Assembly: GCA_028716565.1 (NCBI GenBank)
Contig: JAQUPL010000001.1
Span: 537,476-601,475 of the forward strand
Length of the DNA: 64,000 nt
Direction: 5' to 3'
Source: Candidatus Omnitrophota bacterium
Lineage (GTDB): Bacteria > Omnitrophota > Gorgyraeia > Pluralincolimonadales > Pluralincolimonadaceae
A model generated the notes under the pieces. The model was given only the letters and a program-made list of their open reading frames with translations, was not told where the DNA came from and did no database searches. Positions 50,349 through 60,757 of this stretch are shown here, piece after piece. Numbering within the stretch: the stretch's first letter is position 1; every line of letters begins with the position of its first letter. Both the position numbers and the translations under genes were made by a program.

Positions 50349-50886
50349 TATTTTCCTTTATTACCCTCGCGGGGGAGCCGGCAACGACCTTGTTGTCCGG
50401 GACATCGTCAAGCACCAGGGACGCCGCGCCGACCGACACGTTATTGCCGACTTTAACAGTGGCGAGTATTTTCGCGCCGATATACATCGTTACGTTATCG
50501 CCGACTACCGGGCCTCCGTACCAGCCCTTGTCGTTCTCTTTTGTGCCGCCGCCGAAAACGTTCTGCCCGTATAACAACGCGTTCTTGCCTATCTTGGCGT
50601 GTATGATGTTGCCGACGAGGTGGCATATCACCAGCCCGGGGCCTATTTCCGACATCGGGGAGATATCCAGCCCGAAAAACATTATGTTAAGCACGTAAAA
50701 GAATTTCGATACCAGCCCGAGGCGCTTGCAGAAGAAATAATGCGAGAGCCGGTAGATGCTTGTCGCCACCGATATATGCGAGAAGAGGCCCGCGAGCAAT
50801 CCGAAGAACGAAGTGCTCTTGCGCATGTATACGCGCCGACGGCGGTTATCCTCCCATATATACGAGAACAGCTGGAATAACGTCAT
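50341..50886 (-). CDS. serine-O-acetyltransferase-like hexapeptide-repeat acyltransferase (polysaccharide O-acetylation)
   Basis: Left-handed beta-helix repeats with the CysE-like loop (GGTKENDKGWYGGPVVGDNVTMYIGAKIL). Confidence 0.6.
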   Translation of the reverse strand: MTLFQLFSYIWEDNRRRRVYMRKSTSFFGLLAGLFSHISVATSIYRLSHYFFCKRLGLVSKFFYVLNIMFFGLDISPMSEIGPGLVICHLVGNIIHAKIGKNALLYGQNVFGGGTKENDKGWYGGPVVGDNVTMYIGAKILATVKVGNNVSVGAASLVLDDVPDNKVVAGSPARVIKENNG

Positions 50887-51470
50887 TTAGCCCTTTCGTA
50901 CATGTTTGCACCCGGCGTAACCTTGCCCATCACCCTCGCCGGGGTGCCCGCGACTATCGAGCCGGCCGGGATGTCCTTGAATATGGTCGCCCGCGAGAGG
51001 ATCCAACAGCCATCCCCTATGGTGACCGGCCCCAGTATCAATATGTCCACGCCGAACTGGACGTTATTGCCTATCACGGGAAGTCCGGGGCCCGCCCCGG
51101 CATCCGCGCTTGACCCGTCACCTCCTGCTTTAAGAGCGCCGGCGATGACCGCGTTCTCCCCTACGTTACCTGTGATCGCCGTGGCAACGGGATGAAAAAG
51201 GATAAAACCCTTCCCTATCTCGGCCCTTGGATTCAGGTCCGTCCCTGTAATCATGATGCCGATGTTCTGCATAAGCCTGCTTATGAGCCGGATGTTGAGA
51301 CCGTCAAACCAGTGCGCTATCCTGTAGATACAAATCGCGCAAGTCCCCGGAAGCAGCAAAAAGCTCAGCAAAGAGGTGATGCCGGCCTTCTTGTGGTTCA
51401 GTTTCAGCCAGAAAGTGTAATCGCCCCACATATTGGCGAATGTTCTGTCGAGAGTCGTCCTTTTTTTCAT
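50883..51470 (-). CDS. hexapeptide-repeat acyltransferase, second paralog
   Basis: Same architecture (PRAEIGKGFILFHPVATAITGNVGENAVI...). Tandem with previous gene, ATGA overlap. Confidence 0.55.
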   Translation of the reverse strand: MKKRTTLDRTFANMWGDYTFWLKLNHKKAGITSLLSFLLLPGTCAICIYRIAHWFDGLNIRLISRLMQNIGIMITGTDLNPRAEIGKGFILFHPVATAITGNVGENAVIAGALKAGGDGSSADAGAGPGLPVIGNNVQFGVDILILGPVTIGDGCWILSRATIFKDIPAGSIVAGTPARVMGKVTPGANMYERAK

Positions 51471-52207
51471 TTAACCGTAAACTCCAGTATCCTGTAATAT
51501 GACAACCTGCGCGCCGGCGCGAACAGCGACAACAGCCCGTCCATCGATGAGAACAGGACGCGCGCCCAGTGCGCGTCCCCCAAAAAATATGAAGCGAACA
51601 GTACGAAGAAGACCGTCTCCGGAAAATGTACGCGCGCTTTCCCGAGATGCTCCTCCGCCTTGCGTATCCTTTCTTTTGTCAGCGGGTATTCCGACGGCGA
51701 GCTCTTCCTCAGTCCGAACACCGGCAATACCCTGCTCCTGAAGAACATTAGGAGCGGGTTATCACCCGAATTTTCGATGAATACCGCCTTACCGCCGCCC
51801 TTCAGGACGCGGCGTATCTCCGGCGCCGCTTTTTCTATATCTATATGATGCAGTATGAATGAGCCGAAGACCATATCGAACGATGCGTCCGCGAACCCGA
51901 GTTTCCCGCAATCCATAACGCGCGCGTCGATGGTTACGCCGTTTTTAGTTGCCCAGGATTTCGTCTTTTCAATATTGACAGGCGATATATCGATCGCCGT
52001 CACTTTCGCGCCCCTCTTCGCGAGCCAGCACGAGTTCCCGCCGGTGCCGCAACCCATGTCGAGGACCCTCTTGCCCGCAGCATCGCCCAACAGCGAAAGC
52101 GCGTATACATGCAGGCGGTAGAGTTTCTCGTCCGGGTTGTTGATAAGGCCTTTGTAATAATTTACCGGCCCTCCGGATTTTTTGTCCCAGAATTCCGCTT
52201 CGTTCAT
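51467..52207 (-). CDS. class I SAM-dependent methyltransferase
   Basis: VLDMGCGTGGNSCWLAKRGAKVTAIDIS motif I. Confidence 0.75.
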   Translation of the reverse strand: MNEAEFWDKKSGGPVNYYKGLINNPDEKLYRLHVYALSLLGDAAGKRVLDMGCGTGGNSCWLAKRGAKVTAIDISPVNIEKTKSWATKNGVTIDARVMDCGKLGFADASFDMVFGSFILHHIDIEKAAPEIRRVLKGGGKAVFIENSGDNPLLMFFRSRVLPVFGLRKSSPSEYPLTKERIRKAEEHLGKARVHFPETVFFVLFASYFLGDAHWARVLFSSMDGLLSLFAPARRLSYYRILEFTVK

Positions 52208-53448
52208 ACAGTCTTGAGCGATCTCCTTAACGTAACGGTAAGGATCACGAAAAATAACGCTTCGGGAATAAGCGTCGTCATCGCCGCGCCGGCCGCGCCG
52301 AATCTCGGCAGCAGTACCAGGTTTATCGCTATCGCGAAAACGATCACCGCGGCCAGTATCTTCAGGTACGTCTTCTCCCTGTCCAGCGTATAAAAAATAT
52401 AATTGTTACCGGTATTAAGGAACAGGAAGACCGGCGTGAACGCCATTAGATATAAAGGCAGTACCGCGCCCTCGAACTTCGCGCCGTAGACGAGCCGTAT
52501 AAGCTTCGGCGCCAGCGCGAATATTCCCGCGCTGATCGCGAACCCCGCCCAAAAGAGGTATCTGCGTATCTTCGCGACCGCCGCTTTAAGCCGAGCGGCG
52601 TCTTTCCCCGAGGCGATATTGGTCAGGTGCGGGAAGACCGCCTGCGTCATGCTCACCGCCAGCACGCCTGAGACGCTGATGAAACGGAAGCCCGCCGCGT
52701 AAATGCCCGTCGCCTCATCTCCCTTAAAAATGTTCAGCAGTATCGTGTTCGTCTGGACGTACATCGCGATCAGCAATTGGATGACCGAGATATTCGCGCT
52801 CTCTTTGAACAACAACCCGCATTCATCCAAAGACAGCGGTTTTATGGCGCTCTTAGAGGCCACGAAACGCTTCGTGACGGCAAAACCTATGATAAAGAAC
52901 AACAGGTATACGCCCAACTGCGCCAGCGCGACCGCGCCTATGCTCCTGTATTTGAATATCGCATACATCGACGCGGCGGTCCATACCGTGTAGAGCGATC
53001 CGCGCAGGGCTCCCTCGTATTTCATCTTCTGGAAAGCCCTGAAATACGCGAAGAACGAGAACATCAGGGATTCCACCAGGCGCGGCGACATCACAAGATA
53101 TATAAGGGCCCTTCTTGCCGCCGGGTATCCCGCCGCCCTCAGCGCGGCCTCAATGACAATTATTCCCGTAAAGATAAGCGCCGAGCGCGACGCCAGGATA
53201 TTATAAAAATAAGCGCCCGCCTTCTCCGGGTCCCTCGCAATGGACCTTATCGCGTAGTCGTTCATCCCGAAGAAGCTGGCGAAATATATTACCGTCGCCA
53301 CCGAATACGCGAACGAAAAAAGCCCGAGGTCGGCCGCGCCGAGCACGCGCGCGAGCGCGATTATGACCGCCACGCCGCACGCCATGTTAAACGCTTCCGA
53401 GGCCGTCAGTATCAGCGCGTTCTTCGCTACGGCCTTATTCATCGGCAA
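52204..53448 (-). CDS. Wzx-like oligosaccharide flippase (MOP superfamily), second locus
   Basis: 414 aa, 12 TM. N-terminal KNALILTASEAFNMACGVAVIIALARVLGAADLGLFSFAYS. Confidence 0.65.
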   Translation of the reverse strand: MPMNKAVAKNALILTASEAFNMACGVAVIIALARVLGAADLGLFSFAYSVATVIYFASFFGMNDYAIRSIARDPEKAGAYFYNILASRSALIFTGIIVIEAALRAAGYPAARRALIYLVMSPRLVESLMFSFFAYFRAFQKMKYEGALRGSLYTVWTAASMYAIFKYRSIGAVALAQLGVYLLFFIIGFAVTKRFVASKSAIKPLSLDECGLLFKESANISVIQLLIAMYVQTNTILLNIFKGDEATGIYAAGFRFISVSGVLAVSMTQAVFPHLTNIASGKDAARLKAAVAKIRRYLFWAGFAISAGIFALAPKLIRLVYGAKFEGAVLPLYLMAFTPVFLFLNTGNNYIFYTLDREKTYLKILAAVIVFAIAINLVLLPRFGAAGAAMTTLIPEALFFVILTVTLRRSLKTV

Positions 53449-54904
53449 GCGTTATCCTGTCCCTTATAGCATAATTGGCTATCGTGGATAACGCGGCGAA
53501 GAAGGCGAACACGGTAAGGCGCGACGGGTAATTCATGTCGGAGACGCAGTGTATCGCGTAAGCGATGAACCCGAACAATAAGCCAACGTTAAGGTTGAAC
53601 AGGAATCCCTTGGACCTGCGGATATTGCCGATGCTTGTCGCTACTATAACGAAGAACAGCGACAATAGCGAGACGATGCCCAGGAGGCCGGTCTCCGCGT
53701 AATATTCGAGGTAAACGGTATGTATCGGGAACTTGAAAGCGCGGGATATGCGATCCGTCGTCTCGTCGTATGATTCCATGACCTCGACATAATTGTTTAT
53801 TCCCACGCCTACGAGGGGGTGCGCGGTTATTATCTCGGCCGCGACATAGAACTGGCTGACCCTAGCCGCCGCGGCACCCCTGTCCCTGGAGACGACTCTC
53901 TTGATTATCTTCGGGGAAAATGCCGCCAAGATGCCCACGGCCAGCAGGACGATCAACAGTGTCTTGAAAAAGAACTTCTGCTCGTAGATGTTCCTTGCCG
54001 TGACGATGAAGAACAATAAGAACGACGCTACGACCACCCCGACCCAGCCTCCGCGCGAGAGCGTATAAATCAGCGAGAAGCCGCCCGCGAACATCGCGAC
54101 GGTCGCCAGCCTGCGCAGGGCAACGTTGCGCCTGACGAACGACATCGCGAACATCAGCGGTATCAGGAACTCAAGGTAGTTGCTGAAGAGGTTAGGATGG
54201 CCGAAAAGCCCCGACGGCCTGAATATCTGGTGCTCCTCTTCGTACGATAGGTACGGGGTCTTGAGCTCGCCGAGGTACAGGAGGCCCAGCGTGTCGCGGA
54301 AATAGACTTGCATTATGACTATGGCTGTTTGGAGTATCAGCCCGACAGCAAGCGTGGCGACTATGACCTTTATCTCCTTCATCGAGTTTATGTTATTGAT
54401 GAAGTAAAAATAGACCAGGACGGCCTTTACCATCATCGCTATCTCGATGAACGACCGGTCGAACCTTACGGCGTTGACCAGCGAGAGGATGTCCGCGGCT
54501 ACCATCGCGAACATCAGGAACATCACCGGCGTCATCCAGATGATCCTGCGGCCCCCCTTCTCGCTGTGGGCCATGCTGTATATCCACAGTCCGTAAAGGA
54601 CCGCCAGGAACGCGTCGGTCGCGTAGAAAGGCAATACGTCGCCGAGCGACGGTATGGGGCTGTCTATCCTGAATATCGCCTTGTTAATATTGATAGGCAG
54701 GAAGAATACCAGCAGGGTCAGGTAATAGAGTTTTTTATCGCGGAAGAACAGCGACCCCACCACGATGAGCAGGCCCGCGCCCATCGTGAGCACGAAACGG
54801 AGCGGCAGCAATCCCGATACCGCCGATAACGCCCCTATCGCCGCGCATATGAGTAATGAGAACGCGATGTTCCTGAAACCGGCGTTTTCCTTCTTATCAG
54901 ACAT
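53435..54904 (-). CDS. O-antigen ligase/Wzy-like polymerase membrane protein, second locus
   Basis: 489 aa polytopic with a periplasmic loop. Located between the flippase and Wzc-like genes. Confidence 0.55.
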   Translation of the reverse strand: MSDKKENAGFRNIAFSLLICAAIGALSAVSGLLPLRFVLTMGAGLLIVVGSLFFRDKKLYYLTLLVFFLPININKAIFRIDSPIPSLGDVLPFYATDAFLAVLYGLWIYSMAHSEKGGRRIIWMTPVMFLMFAMVAADILSLVNAVRFDRSFIEIAMMVKAVLVYFYFINNINSMKEIKVIVATLAVGLILQTAIVIMQVYFRDTLGLLYLGELKTPYLSYEEEHQIFRPSGLFGHPNLFSNYLEFLIPLMFAMSFVRRNVALRRLATVAMFAGGFSLIYTLSRGGWVGVVVASFLLFFIVTARNIYEQKFFFKTLLIVLLAVGILAAFSPKIIKRVVSRDRGAAAARVSQFYVAAEIITAHPLVGVGINNYVEVMESYDETTDRISRAFKFPIHTVYLEYYAETGLLGIVSLLSLFFVIVATSIGNIRRSKGFLFNLNVGLLFGFIAYAIHCVSDMNYPSRLTVFAFFAALSTIANYAIRDRITLADE

Positions 54905-56468
54905 GCTTGTAGATGAAAGCCGGGATAAAATATCTCTGGTTCGTCAAGACCGCCCCCAGGAAAGTGATCCCCTCTCTCTCAGTCTTGCGCAGTATGTCCT
55001 TTATAACCTCGCGCCTTGTCGAGCTCTCCTTCACGACCATGATCCCTAAGTCCGCCTGCTTGCAAACAAGCAGGGTAGCGGCCGAACTCTTCATCGACGG
55101 GGTGTCGAAGATGACCAGGTCGTAATGTTTCTTGGCTTCGTCGATCAGGTGGCGTATCTTGTCGGCCTTGAATGCCGCCCTCGAATCCGCCCTTCCCGCC
55201 GTTATGACGTCGAGGTTGTTGTTTATAGTGTTCTTGGCCTTCTCGATACCCATATCACCGTCCAGGATATCGCTGAGCCCGGGATTTTCCGGGAGGCCGA
55301 AGAGCCTGTTCAATGAAGGCGACTTCGTGTTCGCGTCTATCAGCAGCGTCTTTATATGCGAACGCTTGCTTAAGATCACCGCGATGTCCTTTGCGGTCAC
55401 GCTCTTGCCTTCCTGCTTCTCAGTGCTTGTCACTGCCACGCAGACCGGATGCCTCTCCTTAACGAGGATCTGGAGCCGTCCGGCAAACAGTTCATACGCG
55501 CCGTAATATGAGTCGTCCATGTTCGGGTCGAGGTCGCTGGCCATCCTTGTCTTTAACGCGGGTATGGACGCGAGGACGTGCAGGCCGAGGTATTTCTCCA
55601 CTTCGAGCGGCGTCTTTACGGAGTGGTCGAGCATTTCCATGGCGAACATGCCGGCAATGCCGAATATGATGAACAGCACGAGCGTCACCAGGTAAGCTAT
55701 TTTCTTGTTCGGCGTGCTGGGCCATGCAGGCACCGAAGCCTGCTCTATGACCTTGATATTACCGGTGCTCATCGCATCACTGAAACCAACCGTATTCTTG
55801 GCGATCTCTTCGCGGATCGCTTTCAGCTGGTTCTCGAGTATCGTTATCTTCGGGTGTTTCTCGCCGTATTTCGTGCGGTACTCGTCCATCTGCTGCATCA
55901 TGTTGAACAATATGTAGCGTTTCGTGAGCGCGTCGGCTATCTTGGATGCCATCACCGGGTCGTAGTCGATCGCGGCTACGCGGATGACGTCGGTCCTCTC
56001 GATGCTGTCTACCCTGATCTGTTTCGCGAGCCGGTTTATCGATAATTCGAGCTTTTCCGATGCCGTAGGCGGCCTCTTGAACCACGACATGACCGGGTTG
56101 ACAACGTAATCCATAGTGAGCTTTACCGCTTTCCATCCGAGCGGGGAATATTTCAATTCGTCTTTGCGCTTATCGAGTCCGAGGTTAACGGTGACATCCC
56201 TGAGCAGGTCCCTGCTTTTTATGACTTCGCTGACCGTGCTCGCGATATCCACCGTCCTGAAAGCGGGTATCGGCGCGTAATACGACGAATCTACCTGCGG
56301 GAGGCTCGCGACGAGCAGCCTTACCTCGCTCTTGTATTTCGGCAGGAAAAACGAAAGGAATATCGTGGTAAAGATCAGCGAAAGCACCGCGAATATCGGC
56401 AATAGCGACTTTCTTTTGAAGATTATCCTGAGGTTATCACGCGCGCTCATCTCATAACGGTCCATCAC
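54897..56468 (-). CDS. Wzc/GumC-like polysaccharide co-polymerase with BY-kinase-like domain (Walker A intact)
   Basis: Wzz-type N-terminus, then VTSTEKQEGKSVTA (GKS Walker A) and DxxP-like Walker B region. Confidence 0.65.
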   Translation of the reverse strand: MMDRYEMSARDNLRIIFKRKSLLPIFAVLSLIFTTIFLSFFLPKYKSEVRLLVASLPQVDSSYYAPIPAFRTVDIASTVSEVIKSRDLLRDVTVNLGLDKRKDELKYSPLGWKAVKLTMDYVVNPVMSWFKRPPTASEKLELSINRLAKQIRVDSIERTDVIRVAAIDYDPVMASKIADALTKRYILFNMMQQMDEYRTKYGEKHPKITILENQLKAIREEIAKNTVGFSDAMSTGNIKVIEQASVPAWPSTPNKKIAYLVTLVLFIIFGIAGMFAMEMLDHSVKTPLEVEKYLGLHVLASIPALKTRMASDLDPNMDDSYYGAYELFAGRLQILVKERHPVCVAVTSTEKQEGKSVTAKDIAVILSKRSHIKTLLIDANTKSPSLNRLFGLPENPGLSDILDGDMGIEKAKNTINNNLDVITAGRADSRAAFKADKIRHLIDEAKKHYDLVIFDTPSMKSSAATLLVCKQADLGIMVVKESSTRREVIKDILRKTEREGITFLGAVLTNQRYFIPAFIYKHV

Positions 56469-56477
56469 GCCCTCCTT

Positions 56478-57431
56478 TTAAGTTTGATTGCTTCCGTAAA
56501 ATCCTTTGTGGAAATAATAATTAAACAGGCGCCTGTATATGAATGAACTGACAGCTTTGCTGTTTCGTTCCAGTTTTTTTGCCAGGGATAAAAGTGCATT
56601 TATAGTCATATCATTAATGAATATCTTTTGCGCGGCATATCTCGCGTATCTCACCGACAGCTTCGGCCCGCGTTCCGGAAGGAACCTCGCGATGAACGCC
56701 GTCTCCTTCAGCAGGTCTTTGTCCCCCGACCCGAGCCAGAGCCGGAACGCCTCTCCGTACCTGCGCACCTTTTCCAAAAACTGCTGCGGCGTCCTGAAAT
56801 GGTAATGGCGCGAGACCGCTTTTTCGTTATATACGATCTTCAACCCCTTTTTATAGAGGCGGAAGCCGAAATCCGTATCCTCGAACCCTATCGTCCTCGC
56901 GAATATCTTCTCGTCGAACCTTTCCGAGAGGAACGCCTTCTTGAGCGAGATATTCATCGACGAGAAATCCGCCCATCCGCAATAATTGCCGTGCTCCAGG
57001 TGCCTGAACGCGAGGCCGACATCGTCGAGCCTCATCAGGGGTGTAGTCTTGACATCGGACGGGTATTTCGGGTTCCCTAATACCGCGACCTGCGGGCCCG
57101 GGAACCTCTTATGGAAATCCAGGTGCCGGGCAAGGCAATCCTTTTCCGGGACGTTGTCTCCGTCGAGGAACATTATATAAGTGCCCATAGCGGCATCAAG
57201 CCCCCTGTTTCGCGCCACGCCTGAGCCTAAACGTTCGTCATTCCTGAAATATTTTACGAGGCCTTTTTTTACGAACGCCCCAACCAGCGCGCGCGTGCCG
57301 TCAGTGGAAGCGTCGTCGACTACTATCACCTCGATGTCTCCGGCCGGGATGGCCTGCCGCTCCAAAGCCTCAAGCGCCTTGCCCAATACCTCTCCGCAAT
57401 TATATGCGGGTATTATGACAGAGAACAACAA
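56478..57431 (-). CDS. glycosyltransferase family 2
   Basis: FSVIIPAYNCGEVLGKALEAL...VVDDASTDGT. Confidence 0.7.
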   Translation of the reverse strand: MLFSVIIPAYNCGEVLGKALEALERQAIPAGDIEVIVVDDASTDGTRALVGAFVKKGLVKYFRNDERLGSGVARNRGLDAAMGTYIMFLDGDNVPEKDCLARHLDFHKRFPGPQVAVLGNPKYPSDVKTTPLMRLDDVGLAFRHLEHGNYCGWADFSSMNISLKKAFLSERFDEKIFARTIGFEDTDFGFRLYKKGLKIVYNEKAVSRHYHFRTPQQFLEKVRRYGEAFRLWLGSGDKDLLKETAFIARFLPERGPKLSVRYARYAAQKIFINDMTINALLSLAKKLERNSKAVSSFIYRRLFNYYFHKGFYGSNQT

Positions 57432-57436
57432 GGAGG

Positions 57437-58147
57437 TTAAAAAACGCCTTCTTCGACCTGTACGATATCGCCCGGTTCAAGCACGATGTCTTTTGACAGG
57501 CCGTTCATTATGAGTTTCATGTTCGCTTTTATCGTTTCATATCCTGCGGATCCGGCCTTCGGGCGCAACACTTTCACGCGGCTTGACGAACCGTATTTTG
57601 TGAAACCGCCGGCGCTCGAGATCGCCTTGAGCACGGTCATGTTATCCTCCAGGAAATACGTGCCCGGCTTCAGGACCTCGCCGTAGACGTAAAACTTCTT
57701 GCTGCGCGATTCCTTGACCGCGACCGAGACGACCGGGTATTTCAGGTAACCGTCGGCGAGGCGCGCCTGTATTTCATCCTGCACTTCGGAAGGCGTCTTG
57801 CCTTTCACGTCTACCTTGCCGATATACGGGAAGGTTATCGAGCCGTCCGGAGATACGGTGACTGTCAGCGCCAGCTGCTCGGGCTGTAACACCGCTATGT
57901 CGAGGATGTCCTCGTTGCCCACCCTATAGTCCGATGATTTCGGCGCCGGGGCCCCTAACGGGGCAGGCGCAGCCGTTAGCGGAGCAGTCTCCTGCATGCT
58001 ACTTTCCGGGGCCTGGGGTTTTACGCCCGGCGCGGCGGCCTTCGGCTGCGCAAAGTTAAACTTTTTTGCGGCCTCATCCGCGTCCGCGCGCGGCAGGAAT
58101 ACGCATACCGCCGCCAGTGATATCACTATTGTGAGTCCTTTCATCAC
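57437..58147 (-). CDS. polysaccharide export protein (Wza/GumB-like periplasmic/OM component)
   Basis: Signal peptide. YRVGNEDILDIAV...DGSITFPYIGKVDVKGKTPSEVQDEI PES-motif and SLBB-like region. Confidence 0.75.
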   Translation of the reverse strand: MMKGLTIVISLAAVCVFLPRADADEAAKKFNFAQPKAAAPGVKPQAPESSMQETAPLTAAPAPLGAPAPKSSDYRVGNEDILDIAVLQPEQLALTVTVSPDGSITFPYIGKVDVKGKTPSEVQDEIQARLADGYLKYPVVSVAVKESRSKKFYVYGEVLKPGTYFLEDNMTVLKAISSAGGFTKYGSSSRVKVLRPKAGSAGYETIKANMKLIMNGLSKDIVLEPGDIVQVEEGVF

Positions 58148-59550
58148 TTCGCTCCTTTCGCTAAAAGTACTACGGGTATCGTTTTAATGAATATCGCCAT
58201 GTCGAGCCAAATAGACCAGTTGTCTATGTATTCCAGGTCGAGTTTTGCCCACTCGTTGAAATCCGTTATGCGGCTGCGGCCGCTCACCTGCCAGATGCAG
58301 GTAAGACCGGGCCTCATGCTCAGCCGGCGTCTCTGCCACGGGTCGTATTCATTGACCTCGGACGGAAGCGGCGGACGAGGCCCGACGATGCTCATATCGC
58401 CGGTGAGCACATTCCAGAATTGCGGAAGCTCGTCTAAGCTGTATTTTCTCAAAAATTTGCCTATTTTCGTGATCCGCGGGTCGTTCTTTATTTTAAAGAC
58501 CGGGCCGGTCATTTCATTTTTGTCGCGCAGCTCTTCAAGCTTCGATTCCGCGTCCGCGGCCATCGTGCGGAACTTCAAAAGCTTGAACTTCCTGCCGTTG
58601 ACGCTGACGCGCTCCTGTTTGAATAATACCGGGCCGGGCGATGTCGCCTTTACGGCGATCGCGACAGCGGCGAATACCGGCGAAAGAAGCAGGAGCGACG
58701 CGCCGGAGGCCGTAATATCAAAAAGCCGTTTTAAAAACATCCCCCAGACATCTTTGGGCACGCTCTCGAATGTCTGCATCGGGAAGCCGTGGATATCCGA
58801 CTGCCGCGCTTTCGCCAGTTTTAATTCAAAATAATCCGTGGCTACGCTGACTGTAATGCCTTCCAGCTCGCAGAGCTGCATGAGCGGCTCTATCTTGATT
58901 ATCGTCGCGCGCGGGACGACAAAAATGATCTCGTCTATCGGGTTGCCGTGGATTATGTCCGGCACATCCTTAAAAGTCCCTATTACCTTAAATCCATCGA
59001 TCGTCTCGCCCGTTTTCGTCTCATCTTCGTCGACGAGGCCGATTATCTTGAGGCCCCATTCCGCGTGCGTTTTCGCGAGGTTAAGGAAATTTTGCGCGCG
59101 CCTGCCCGTCCCGACTACGAGTATATGCCTGAAATTATACCCGAGGCGGCGGATGAACCTGAATATCAGCACGAGCGCAAGCTTTTCGGCGCTCAAAAAT
59201 ACCCATGTGGCAAGGAACGCTATCAGGATCAGCGCGCGGCTTACGTATTCTATCTTGAGCATGTAGATGACGCTGCTCGTGACGCCGAAGCCGATGAGCG
59301 CAGTCTGCATTATATCGAGCAGGATATCCGGGATCGTCTTCGTCCTGAAAGTCCTGTACATCCCGAAATACGAAAGCATCCCGCCCCATACCACAAGGAA
59401 CAGCGGCAGGAGCCACAGGTAATAATGCAACGGATAAATATCATTTATCCTGTCCCTGAGCGCGTATCCGGCGAAAAAACACGCCGTGATTATGCACAGG
59501 TCCGCCAACAGGCTCAACTTCCTGAATACCGTTATGTTTTCTTTAAGCAT
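58144..59550 (-). CDS. undecaprenyl-phosphate sugar phosphotransferase (second WbaP-like initiating transferase)
   Basis: KFRTMAADAE...DPRITKIGKFLRKYSLDELPQFWNVLTGDMSIVGPRP. N-terminal 4-5 TM. Confidence 0.8.
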   Translation of the reverse strand: MLKENITVFRKLSLLADLCIITACFFAGYALRDRINDIYPLHYYLWLLPLFLVVWGGMLSYFGMYRTFRTKTIPDILLDIMQTALIGFGVTSSVIYMLKIEYVSRALILIAFLATWVFLSAEKLALVLIFRFIRRLGYNFRHILVVGTGRRAQNFLNLAKTHAEWGLKIIGLVDEDETKTGETIDGFKVIGTFKDVPDIIHGNPIDEIIFVVPRATIIKIEPLMQLCELEGITVSVATDYFELKLAKARQSDIHGFPMQTFESVPKDVWGMFLKRLFDITASGASLLLLSPVFAAVAIAVKATSPGPVLFKQERVSVNGRKFKLLKFRTMAADAESKLEELRDKNEMTGPVFKIKNDPRITKIGKFLRKYSLDELPQFWNVLTGDMSIVGPRPPLPSEVNEYDPWQRRRLSMRPGLTCIWQVSGRSRITDFNEWAKLDLEYIDNWSIWLDMAIFIKTIPVVLLAKGAK

Positions 59551-60743
59551 TAAAACTCAGTCGCCAGGCCGAACGTGACGGTGTTTTTCCGGTATTCGCT
59601 GAAATAGGAAGTAGAGTCCTGGTTTGAGAATGAATACAATGCCCTGGCTTTCCATTTATCGTTAATTTCGTATGCCAATCCCGCGCTGGCGCCGACAAGG
59701 TCGTCAATCTGCCCTGTGTTGACGTATTCGCCGCGGCCGTAGAACGCAGAGACCGTGCCGGTCAATTTCCGGGTGATCTCATGGTTTATCTGCCCCGAAA
59801 CCTGCAATTGGTCGAAAATGTCCTCCTGATAGGATATAGTATTGTAGCGCTTTGAGAACATAAGGCTGGCGTTAGTGCGATCGTTGATATCGTCCGTGAG
59901 GGCTATTGTGCCAAAGGGCTTCGCGAACTCGTTGCCGCTGTACGCCCTGATAAAATCCACTCCGGTGGACGCGTCCACATAGACCTGTTTCGTGAGGAAT
60001 TTGCGGAATCCCCCCGTCCATGTGTTTGTCGTCGCGTGCGGCCCATTGTCGAAATCGCGGCGGCTGAAATCGTACGCGGTGAAAATAGTGAAATCGGAAC
60101 TTAATATGTAGGCGCCTTCTATGCCGGCGGTGTTAAGGAATGATTTCGCGATGTCATTGCGCGAATAAGCGTTGTATTCGTTCGAGTAACGCGTAGAAAG
60201 GCCGAAATGCTGGGATACGTCGCGCGCGTAGCCGAAGTTGACGCGGTTCCTGTCTGAGCTGTACCGGCCCCCGACGAAGCCGAACTGGTCCTCGAAACTG
60301 CGCGGCTCGTATGTCCTTGTCCATGTGTCGCTTAACGTTATCCTGTCATATTTGGAGAGCTCGGATGCGAACGCCGCAGTCACGTCTCCGGAGTTGTTGT
60401 CGAAACCGGAATTATCGGCATAGAACTCGTGATAGTAGTTCCCGGATACCGATGCCGTTGACGTCTTGCCTTCGTAAATGAGCGAGGCGCCTACCGACGG
60501 CTTAGTGTAAAAGTCGCCTATCTTGTTGTCTTTGACATAGGTTATGTTGTCGTCATAGGTCTCATAGACGGCGCCGTGGACCTTTACCTCCACCTCATGG
60601 AACCGTACGGCATACGTCTCCGGAGAAAAGAGGCACAGGATCCCTATCATCAATACTGTTTTTATGTGTTTGTTCATTTGATTTGCTTGTCGGATCACAG
60701 GATAAAACGACGCAAGTAGAAATATCTTTATAAAGGCAGACAA
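59550..60743 (-). CDS. outer-membrane beta-barrel protein (C-terminal Phe), possibly polysaccharide-system associated
   Basis: Signal peptide. Alternating-hydrophobicity strands rich in Y/G/S. Terminal ...VTFGLATEF. Confidence 0.45.
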   Translation of the reverse strand: MSAFIKIFLLASFYPVIRQANQMNKHIKTVLMIGILCLFSPETYAVRFHEVEVKVHGAVYETYDDNITYVKDNKIGDFYTKPSVGASLIYEGKTSTASVSGNYYHEFYADNSGFDNNSGDVTAAFASELSKYDRITLSDTWTRTYEPRSFEDQFGFVGGRYSSDRNRVNFGYARDVSQHFGLSTRYSNEYNAYSRNDIAKSFLNTAGIEGAYILSSDFTIFTAYDFSRRDFDNGPHATTNTWTGGFRKFLTKQVYVDASTGVDFIRAYSGNEFAKPFGTIALTDDINDRTNASLMFSKRYNTISYQEDIFDQLQVSGQINHEITRKLTGTVSAFYGRGEYVNTGQIDDLVGASAGLAYEINDKWKARALYSFSNQDSTSYFSEYRKNTVTFGLATEF

Positions 60744-60757
60744 GTCAATATTTTACG

